Assembly (NCBI RefSeq): GCF_000011125.1
Contig: NC_000854.2
Location: 1,170,001 to 1,202,000, forward strand
Source of the DNA: Aeropyrum pernix K1
GTDB taxonomy: Archaea > Thermoproteota > Thermoprotei_A > Sulfolobales > Acidilobaceae
Direction: 5' to 3'
Length of the DNA: 32,000 nucleotides
This document shows positions 26,015 through 32,000 of this stretch, one piece after another. Within the stretch, counting starts at the first letter, position 1, and every line of letters starts with the position of its first letter. Below the pieces are notes generated by a model that was not told the origin of the DNA, searched no databases, and saw nothing but the letters and a program-made list of their open reading frames with translations. A program made the position numbers and the translations under genes.

Positions 26015-27316
26015 GTGCATAATCTTTTGCCGTCGCCCTACGACCCCCGTCTAGACGGTCTCTGTGTAAGAATAGCTGCATCCCCCCTGCACAGCCCCAT
26101 ACTGATAGCGAGGATATCCAGGCTGCTTGAGGGAGGCTTCAAAACCCTCTGGGGCTCCTCGCCTGAGGTGGCGCCATACGCTGTAACTAGTGGCGAGGAG
26201 CTAGAGCTAAGGGGGTGTAAGAGTCTTCTACTCGTACTAGCCACCGGGGGGACAGAAGCTGTAGCATTAGAGGCTGTTGAGAAGGCCAAGGAAGAAGGTG
26301 TGCCAGTGCTTCTAGCAGCTCAACCTTACGCAAACAGCCTGCCAAGCCTCCTGGAAGTCAAGCCCCTGCTCAAAGGCCCAGGAGTCTCATGGATCTACCT
26401 GGGCAGCCTCGATCCTCGAAGCACCGAGGCGCTGCGAACACTGGAACAGGGTGTCAGAGGCCTCTGGGCAGCCTCTAGGGTGCGGGGCTCGAGGATAGCC
26501 GCTATAGGCCCCCCGAGCCCCTGGCTGGTGTCGAGCAGGGCCTGGCACGAGGACCTGGCTAGGCTTGGGGTAGAGCTTGTAGAGGTAGATCCCATAGAGT
26601 TCGCTAGATACGTGGCTGAGGAGAGTGTACCCGAGAGCCTCGGGGAGGAGGTTTTGAGGAGGGGCGAGGTCCTGGATCTAGCCGATGGCGAGCCGAAGAA
26701 GAGCCTGAGGGTCTACCGGGCCATCAAAAGGATGTGGAAAAGCCGAGGGCTAGACGCCGTATCACCTGCCTGCTGGTGGTTCTATAAGGAGGCGGGGGCT
26801 AACGCCTGCCTAGCCCACTCCCTGCTAAACGATGAGGGGCTAGTCGTAGGCTGCGAGGGTGACATCCCCGCCACACTCTCCATGATGCTGGCCACCTACG
26901 CCTCCGGAAAGCCGGCGTTCTTCGCAAACCCGGCACACGTGTCCAGGGACAGTCTGCTGCTAGCCCACTGTACAGCCCCCTTCAGCATGGGCCTCAGGAT
27001 ACAGTTTAGAAGGCACTTTATAACCGGGGGTAGCGTCACCTCCTCAGTCTGGTTCCCCAAGGGCTCCAAGGTTACCGTGTCCAGGCTGGACCCGGGGCTC
27101 GAGGTCCTGAGGGTGGGGGTTGGAATAATAGAGAAGGGCAGGCCTGAGGCCGAAATGCAGTGTGAAAGCCAGATGCTGGTTAGAATGCCGGGCGCCGCCA
27201 GGATACTCGAGGAAAGCATAGGCAACCACTACGTCGCAACCCTGGGCGACAGTTCGGAGGCGCTCCGTGTAGCGGCCGACATTCTGGGCCTGCGTCTAGA
27301 GGTAATTAGCCCCTAA
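26015..27316 (+). CDS. L-fucose/L-arabinose isomerase-superfamily protein (COG2407-like)
   Basis: 433-aa ORF. The central and C-terminal pattern is typical of the family: ACWWFYKEAGANACLAHSLLNDEGLVVGCEGDIPATLSMML...LLLAHCT...GNHYVATLGD...LGL. GTG start at 26015. A CACTATATTTTAGC TATA-like box at ~25997..26010 suggests a possible internal promoter and a slightly later start (TTG 26027). Confidence 0.7.
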   Translation: MHNLLPSPYDPRLDGLCVRIAASPLHSPILIARISRLLEGGFKTLWGSSPEVAPYAVTSGEELELRGCKSLLLVLATGGTEAVALEAVEKAKEEGVPVLLAAQPYANSLPSLLEVKPLLKGPGVSWIYLGSLDPRSTEALRTLEQGVRGLWAASRVRGSRIAAIGPPSPWLVSSRAWHEDLARLGVELVEVDPIEFARYVAEESVPESLGEEVLRRGEVLDLADGEPKKSLRVYRAIKRMWKSRGLDAVSPACWWFYKEAGANACLAHSLLNDEGLVVGCEGDIPATLSMMLATYASGKPAFFANPAHVSRDSLLLAHCTAPFSMGLRIQFRRHFITGGSVTSSVWFPKGSKVTVSRLDPGLEVLRVGVGIIEKGRPEAEMQCESQMLVRMPGAARILEESIGNHYVATLGDSSEALRVAADILGLRLEVISP

Positions 27317-27990
27317 TGAGGAGGGGGTGTGGAGGGATTTCTACAGCGCCCCTCTTCGACAGGCTCTATGAGAGGTATGATAAGTGGTATGAGGAGAACC
27401 GTTTACTAGCCGCCAACGAGGCTAAAACCGTATCCAGAGCCCTGGAGGGGTCGCCCAGGCCTCTCCTAGAGGTGGGGGTTGGAACGGGGTTCTTCGCCAG
27501 CATAGTCGGGGCAGACGCCGGGCTAGACCCTAGCCTAGGCATGCTGCGTAGAGCCAGGGAGAGGGGGATCCCCCTGCTCGTCGCTGGCGTGGGTGAGAGG
27601 ATGCCCTTCAGGAGCCGCGTCTTCGGCTCGGCCTTGATAGTGGTTACACTGTGTTTCGCGGACGACCCGCAGGAGCTGCTGAGGGAGGTGTGGAGGGTTC
27701 TGGCATGGGGCGGCGTGCTAGTCTCCTGTATAGTGCCGAGGGACAGCAGCTGGGGCGAGTATTATGAGGCTAAGGGGAGGGCTGGCCACCCCTTCTACAG
27801 TAAGGCGCGCTTCATAACCAACGAGATGCACCACACCATGCTCAAAAACGCGGGCTTCAGCCTGGAGAGGCAATACGCCACGCTCAGCTTTAAACCGTGG
27901 GAGGAGCCTAGGGAGGAGGAGCCCGTGGAAGCGTGGGGAGGCGACTACGGCTTCACATGCACACGAGCCAGGAAGAAGCATGTGATATAA
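27316..27990 (+). CDS. Class I SAM-dependent methyltransferase (Methyltransf_11-like)
   Basis: 224-aa ORF. Motif I is LLEVGVGTGFF. An acidic post-I residue and GGVLV (motif III-like) are present. The ATG overlaps the upstream TAA (TAATG at 27314..27318), indicating translational coupling. Confidence 0.8.
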   Translation: MRRGCGGISTAPLFDRLYERYDKWYEENRLLAANEAKTVSRALEGSPRPLLEVGVGTGFFASIVGADAGLDPSLGMLRRARERGIPLLVAGVGERMPFRSRVFGSALIVVTLCFADDPQELLREVWRVLAWGGVLVSCIVPRDSSWGEYYEAKGRAGHPFYSKARFITNEMHHTMLKNAGFSLERQYATLSFKPWEEPREEEPVEAWGGDYGFTCTRARKKHVI

Positions 27991-28067
27991 CCGCGCCGGA
28001 TGCTACTAGATAAGATTGAAGGCGGCATAGCCTTCTACCAGGCCCAGCGGCGCGGGGGTGAAGGAAA

Positions 28068-28322
28068 ATGGGGCAGACACTTAGGAAGATAGAGCTTACC
28101 GAGGAGGCGTTTAGGAGCTGTAGGGACAAGCCGCAGTACAGGTTTCTGGTGACGATAAGCGAGGCCAAGCCGGGGGAGGAGTTCGAGATAGTGGGCGAGG
28201 ACGCCATACTCAGCTTCGACACCGTCCTCTCGATACTTGAGGATGAGGGGTTCGAGTACGATATAGTGGAGAGGGACGATCTCCTGGGCACCTACACCGT
28301 CATAGCCAGGAAGAAAGGCTAG
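28068..28322 (+). CDS. Small TusA/SirA-like fold protein with a variant Cys motif
   Basis: 84-aa ORF preceded by GGGGGTGAAGG 4 nt upstream. FRSCRDKP...AKPGEEFEIVGEDA...EGFEYDIVERDDLLGTYTVIARKKG parallels TusA LRCPEP...QPGETLLIIADDP...ELV...YRYLIRKG. The canonical CP(x)P is replaced by C-R-D-K-P. The antisense ORF 27953..28291 is Ser-rich and rejected. Confidence 0.55.
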   Translation: MGQTLRKIELTEEAFRSCRDKPQYRFLVTISEAKPGEEFEIVGEDAILSFDTVLSILEDEGFEYDIVERDDLLGTYTVIARKKG

Positions 28323-29065
28323 GGCGGGGCGCAGCTCTCGAGTATCGACTCAAGAAACCTCCTCACCCTCTCACTACCCTCCACAAGCTCCGACGGCTTC
28401 CCCTCCTCCTTTACAATCCCATCTTCCATAAACGCCATCCTATCGGCAACTTTCACCGCGAAGTCGGCCTCATGCGTCACAACTATCATCGCCTTCCCTA
28501 GGGTTGCTACCCTGAATAGAGCCTCTAGAACATCAGCCCTCGACTCCGGGTCGAGGGCGCTTGTAGGCTCGTCGAGAAGCAGGATGTCGGGCTCCATAGC
28601 GAGGGCTCTAGCGAGAGCCGCCCTCTGCTGCTGGCCCCCGCTGAGCCTTGCCGGGTGTCGGTGCGCGAGGTCCTCGATTCCGAGCATAGACAGATATTTT
28701 ACCGCCCTCTCTTCCGCGTCTCTGCGGCTCAATCCAAGGGCCTTCTCCAGAGGGTATGTTATGTTCCTGAGAACGGTCATGTGGGGGAAGAGGCTGTAGC
28801 TCTGGGGGAGGTACCCTATCTTCCTCCTCACCATCCTGAGCTGGCTCCCTGAGAGCCTGGTTACATCCACACCCCTGAAAACTATCGACCCCGAGTCGGG
28901 TTCCACCAGCCTCGGTATGGCCTTGAGCAGGGTGCTCTTCCCCGAGCCCGAAGGCCCCATTATAACTAGCTTCTCTCCATAGCTCAGGCTAACGTCAACG
29001 CCCTTCAACACCTTTTCTCCCGAGTAGGAGACCACTAGGCCTCTTACCTCCAGAAGCCTGGCCAA
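28319..29065 (-). CDS. Polar amino acid ABC transporter, ATP-binding protein
   Basis: Walker A GPSGSGKST, Q-loop, ABC signature LSGGQQQR, Walker B ILLLDEPTSALD, H-loop VTHE. The GlnQ/HisP-like size is 248 aa. Confidence 0.93.
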   Translation of the reverse strand: MARLLEVRGLVVSYSGEKVLKGVDVSLSYGEKLVIMGPSGSGKSTLLKAIPRLVEPDSGSIVFRGVDVTRLSGSQLRMVRRKIGYLPQSYSLFPHMTVLRNITYPLEKALGLSRRDAEERAVKYLSMLGIEDLAHRHPARLSGGQQQRAALARALAMEPDILLLDEPTSALDPESRADVLEALFRVATLGKAMIVVTHEADFAVKVADRMAFMEDGIVKEEGKPSELVEGSERVRRFLESILESCAPP

Positions 29066-29071
29066 CCCCCT

Positions 29072-29734
29072 CTACACCCACCTCTCGAAGCCAGGTATAG
29101 CCAGGCTCTTCTCAGCCCTCTTCAGCATCCTGAATGCGATCATTGAGAGCGCTAGGTATATAAGCGCTATTAGCAGGTAGGCCTCGAGAGCCCTGAACGT
29201 CGCGCTAACCATATACTCCCCCACCCTCGTAAGCTCCATCACGCCTATGACGCTGGCCAGGCTACTCTCCTTCAATAGTATGACGGTTTCGTTAGTCAAG
29301 CCTGGTATGGCGTTCCTCACGGCCTGAGGTATAACGACGCCCTTCATAATCTCTATCTCTGAGAGGCCCAGGCTCCGTGCCACAAGCATCTGCTCCTCGG
29401 GTATCCCCTTGATCGCAACCCTCAGTATCTCAGCCTGGTAGGCGCCGCTGTTTAACCCTATTGCTATGACCGCGGAGTAGAAGGCTGATAGATTGACTCC
29501 TAGGCTTGGGAGGCCGAAGAACACCATGAGTATCTGAACGAGTAGGGGAGTCCCCCTGAAGAAGTTTATATACGCCTCCGCCGCCATTCGCAGGGGTTTG
29601 AAGCCGAGGAACCTTGCAGCAGTCAGTATGAGGGATATTGTGAAGCCCATGGAGAGCGATATGATAGTTATGGCTAGAGTATACATTATCCCCCTTAATA
29701 TGAAGCTCTGATACTCTACAGCCAGGTCTAGCAT
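29072..29734 (-). CDS. Polar amino acid ABC transporter permease (HisM/GlnP family)
   Basis: 220-aa ORF with ~5 TM segments. The family-typical N-terminal block is YINFFRGTPLLVQILMVFFGLP. An EAA-like loop is ARSLGLSEIEIMKGVVIPQA. It lies 6 nt upstream of the ATPase gene. Confidence 0.9.
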   Translation of the reverse strand: MLDLAVEYQSFILRGIMYTLAITIISLSMGFTISLILTAARFLGFKPLRMAAEAYINFFRGTPLLVQILMVFFGLPSLGVNLSAFYSAVIAIGLNSGAYQAEILRVAIKGIPEEQMLVARSLGLSEIEIMKGVVIPQAVRNAIPGLTNETVILLKESSLASVIGVMELTRVGEYMVSATFRALEAYLLIALIYLALSMIAFRMLKRAEKSLAIPGFERWV

Positions 29735-29837
29735 GCTCCCACGCCCGCTCGAAGCTAGCAGGCCTCAGCCTAACACTACGATGCCCACGGCTGTTTGGGA
29801 CTGCTAGATATGTGGGTAGGTGCTAGCGGGGAGCCGT

Positions 29838-30728
29838 CTAGCCTTGCTGTAGCCACTTCTCCATCTCCTGGTCTATGATCTTCTGGAGCTCCCCGCTCTG
29901 GATTAAGTCCCATATTATCGAGGACACCTCCTTCTTCAGCTCAAAGGCGCAGTGGGGGACAACCACTGTGCTACAGCCGAAGTAGGGTATCTGATCCACT
30001 ATCACCAGCCCCTCCTCAGCGGTCACTATAAGCCTCGCCACATCTGGAGCCGCAACCATAGCGTCTATCTTCCCCGTCTTAAGCGCTATGGTCATCTCCG
30101 GGTAAACCCTGTCGTAGGTAACTATCTCCGCCTTGTCTCCGAAGTACTTGTTGGCAAGCTCCTCCTCCACAGTCGCAGACTGCACGCCTATCTTCTTGCC
30201 AGCTAGCCAGTCGAAGCCCGTGTAGCCTGAGGCGTCCTCCGCCTTCACGATTATAGCCTTGCCTGTTTCGCACCTGTAGGGTATGGTGAAGTCTACCGCC
30301 TCAAGCCTCTCAGGCTTCATGGCAACATCCGCTATGACTATATCCACCTTACCGCTCTGCACGGCCTGGAAGAGGGCCGCGAACTTCATGTCAACTATCT
30401 CCAGCTGGACGCCGAGGCCGTCTGCTATTTTCTTGGCAAGCTCTATGTCTATCCCCGCGTAGCCGCCCTGCGGATCTATATACTCGTAGGGAGGCCAGTC
30501 GGCGCTAGTACCAACCTTGAGCACGCCCCTCTCCTTAATATTGTCGAGAAGACCGTAGCCTACTGAACACTTCTCCTGGAGGGCCTGCAACTCTGGCTGC
30601 ACCGTTTGGCCGCCGGAGAAGACCGCCTGATAGGCAGCAACCCCCAGCGCCAAACCCACAACAAGGGCTACAAGGGCGGCTGCCAGCAATTTAGGTTCAA
30701 ACACCGCCATTTCCATCGCCTCAACCAA
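29838..30728 (-). CDS. Amino acid ABC transporter substrate-binding protein (family 3), N-terminally membrane-anchored
   Basis: 296-aa ORF. The N-terminal hydrophobic anchor is LLAAALVALVVGLALGVAAY. The SBP_bac_3-like body follows: LKVGTSADWPPYEYID..GGYAGIDIELAKKIADGLG...VDIVIADVAM. The start is TTG 30728 or ATG 30716/30710. Confidence 0.88.
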   Translation of the reverse strand: MVEAMEMAVFEPKLLAAALVALVVGLALGVAAYQAVFSGGQTVQPELQALQEKCSVGYGLLDNIKERGVLKVGTSADWPPYEYIDPQGGYAGIDIELAKKIADGLGVQLEIVDMKFAALFQAVQSGKVDIVIADVAMKPERLEAVDFTIPYRCETGKAIIVKAEDASGYTGFDWLAGKKIGVQSATVEEELANKYFGDKAEIVTYDRVYPEMTIALKTGKIDAMVAAPDVARLIVTAEEGLVIVDQIPYFGCSTVVVPHCAFELKKEVSSIIWDLIQSGELQKIIDQEMEKWLQQG

Positions 30729-30744
30729 ACACCCATAACAAGCC

Positions 30745-30802
30745 TTTTTTAAAATATCGCTACAGTTGAATTTTTATAAAGACTAGTTGTTACAAATGTA
30801 AC
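30745..30802. promoter_or_regulatory. Divergent promoter region with two TATA-like boxes and a 6-2-6 inverted repeat (putative operator)
   Basis: TTTTTTAAAATAT (30745..30757) faces the transporter operon. TTTTTATAAAG (30771..30781) faces the ACT-domain gene. GTTACA-AA-TGTAAC (30789..30802) sits between that TATA box and the GTG start at 30817. Confidence 0.5.
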
Positions 30803-30816
30803 CATAGGGGGTCCTA

Positions 30817-31536
30817 GTGTCCGGCGTCACAGCCAAGCTTGTGAGAGAGTACGTAGCAGGCGACCCCGTACTGCTTGAGTGCCTGAGGAAGGGGATAGTG
30901 AACTATAGCGCGCTTGCACGGAGGCTAGCGGAGGACCTCGAAAAGGCCACTGGGGAGAAGCACAGTGTAGTAGCGGTCAAAATGGCCTTGGTGAGGCTGG
31001 CTGAAAAGCTTGAGTCAGAGCCTATAGGTGAGATAGAGAGGATAATAGCCGCGAGCGCCCTCGCCGTGCAAGACTACATATCAGTCATAACAGTTCCCAG
31101 GGAAAGCATAACTAGAGCACTTAAGATTGTATCACAGCTTGGAGAAAACTCCAGATTCATACAGTTTGTCCAGAGCCTCAGAACCGCTACCATAATAGTT
31201 GCTTCTGAGGATAAGGAGAAGATTCTGGAGAGGCTGCAAAACGTTATAGAGGTTATAGACAGGCAGAGCGCGGTCATACTTGTAAGTCCCAGAAGCATAG
31301 TCACTACACCGGGTGTTGTAGCCTATATAACCGGTTTCCTGGCTAGAAGCGGAATCAACATAACCCAAGTTATATCATGCTATGTGGACACAATACTAGT
31401 CTTAAACTCTGAAGAAGCGAGCAAAGCCTACACACTACTACACAGGTTAATCGATGCTCTGAGACGGAAGTATAGCGTGGCGGAGGCAGCGGTCGGAACC
31501 GGTGGAGGCTCCACACAGCCCCTGCAGGGGGGCTAG
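30817..31536 (+). CDS. ACT domain-containing putative regulator of amino acid metabolism (COG2150-like)
   Basis: 239-aa ORF with a GTG start preceded by GGGGGT. The C-terminal ACT-like unit is PGVVAYITGFLARSGINITQVISCYVDTILVLNSEEASKAYTLLHRLI. The N-terminal helical segment VNYSALARRLAEDL may be HTH-like. It is divergent from the amino acid ABC transporter. Confidence 0.7.
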   Translation: MSGVTAKLVREYVAGDPVLLECLRKGIVNYSALARRLAEDLEKATGEKHSVVAVKMALVRLAEKLESEPIGEIERIIAASALAVQDYISVITVPRESITRALKIVSQLGENSRFIQFVQSLRTATIIVASEDKEKILERLQNVIEVIDRQSAVILVSPRSIVTTPGVVAYITGFLARSGINITQVISCYVDTILVLNSEEASKAYTLLHRLIDALRRKYSVAEAAVGTGGGSTQPLQGG

Positions 31537-31617
31537 GAGACGTGCAAAACTCCTCATCCCAGGATATAGTTCGGCTGGCGGCGAGGTTTTAAAGGGAGCC
31601 TGGAATACCCGCGAGTC

Positions 31618-32000
31618 CTACAGCTGCGGCACTATGTCCTGGGGAACAACAATCGAGCCTATCACGAAGTCTATTATTTCGACTGCCACGAAGATGCTCC
31701 CAGCTGATAGTAGGAGGTAGAGGGCTAGGTAGAAGTAGAAGGATGTTTTTGAGCCTGGTGTAACTCTTGTTACCACTGCACTATTGACTATAACGAGTGT
31801 TGTGACAAAAATAAGATTGAGTATAGGTAGGAGGCTAACGTCCATGGATCTGAAGGGGAAGATGCTGGCTATCTCGGGGGGTAGCTGGGTTGTGAGCTGT
31901 TGGAGTATGTTTGAGAATAGCTCAAGCAGCTTACTCATTATAAGCAGGATTATTATCGCCGCCCCGTGCATTATGAAGAGCGTTGAAGAGAAGGTGCTCG
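31618..32000 (-). CDS. Hypothetical membrane protein, probably 5'-truncated by the window edge
   Basis: The 117-aa ORF in the track starts at 31971, but the frame stays open to position 32000 (..STFSSTLFIMHGAA..). It has several hydrophobic helices and low GC. No family recognised. Confidence 0.4.
   Translation of the reverse strand, partial: STFSSTLFIMHGAAIIILLIMSKLLELFSNILQQLTTQLPPEIASIFPFRSMDVSLLPILNLIFVTTLVIVNSAVVTRVTPGSKTSFYFYLALYLLLSAGSIFVAVEIIDFVIGSIVVPQDIVPQL

Noticed and set aside
27953-28291. 112-aa minus-strand ORF competing with the TusA-like ORF.
   Set aside because: The product is extremely Ser-rich (SSLSTISYSNPSSSSIERTVS...). The plus-strand ORF has an SD, balanced composition and a recognisable fold pattern.
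28319-28322. The convergent TusA-like and ABC ATPase genes share a CTAG tetranucleotide that provides both stop codons.
   Set aside because: The overlap is real, but it is a trivial consequence of the palindromic TAG/CTA in a compact genome. No functional implication can be supported.

Overview
The window reads as core chromosome of a hyperthermophilic crenarchaeon of the Desulfurococcales type. Supporting signs are an unsplit rpoB, an intron-containing tRNA, many GTG/TTG starts, tightly packed or overlapping genes and roughly 55-60% GC. It reminds me of Aeropyrum, but that is recollection, not a search result. I see no CRISPR array, integrase, transposase or long repeat.

Gene content from left to right:
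- The rpoH-rpoB-rpoA1 RNA polymerase operon on the minus strand, with rpoA1 truncated at the left edge.
- tRNA-Lys(UUU) carrying an intron of about 36 nt.
- A low-GC convergent pair: an SbcD/Mre11-related metallophosphoesterase and the TATA-binding protein.
- A small protein that looks like a palm domain, then tRNA-Leu(GAG).
- A PflA-like (AmmeMemoRadiSam-type) radical SAM enzyme.
- A conserved protein with an acidic tail.
- An unknown beta-rich protein translationally coupled to an MscS channel.
- A four-gene upper mevalonate operon: HMG-CoA synthase, thiolase, DUF35 scaffold, HMG-CoA reductase.
- A radical SAM/TRAM-like protein followed by a CitG-like protein.
- A rhomboid protease.
- Heme O synthase followed by a coupled polytopic membrane protein.
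- An 820-aa secreted BNR/Asp-box propeller protein on a coiled-coil stalk with 11-residue periodicity and a C-terminal membrane anchor.
- tRNA-Ala(UGC).
- An MTA phosphorylase heading a same-strand five-gene cluster: degenerate SIS-like, FucI/AraA-like isomerase, SAM methyltransferase, TusA-like.
- A polar amino acid ABC transporter, divergent from an ACT-domain regulator.

The best candidates for undescribed biology:
1. The MTAP-anchored cluster at 24.3-28.3 kb.
2. The stalked BNR surface protein.
3. The orphan mini palm-domain protein.
4. The radical SAM plus CitG-like pair.
5. The MscS-coupled unknown protein.

All functional calls come from motifs read by eye in the supplied translations. 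No database search was possible.
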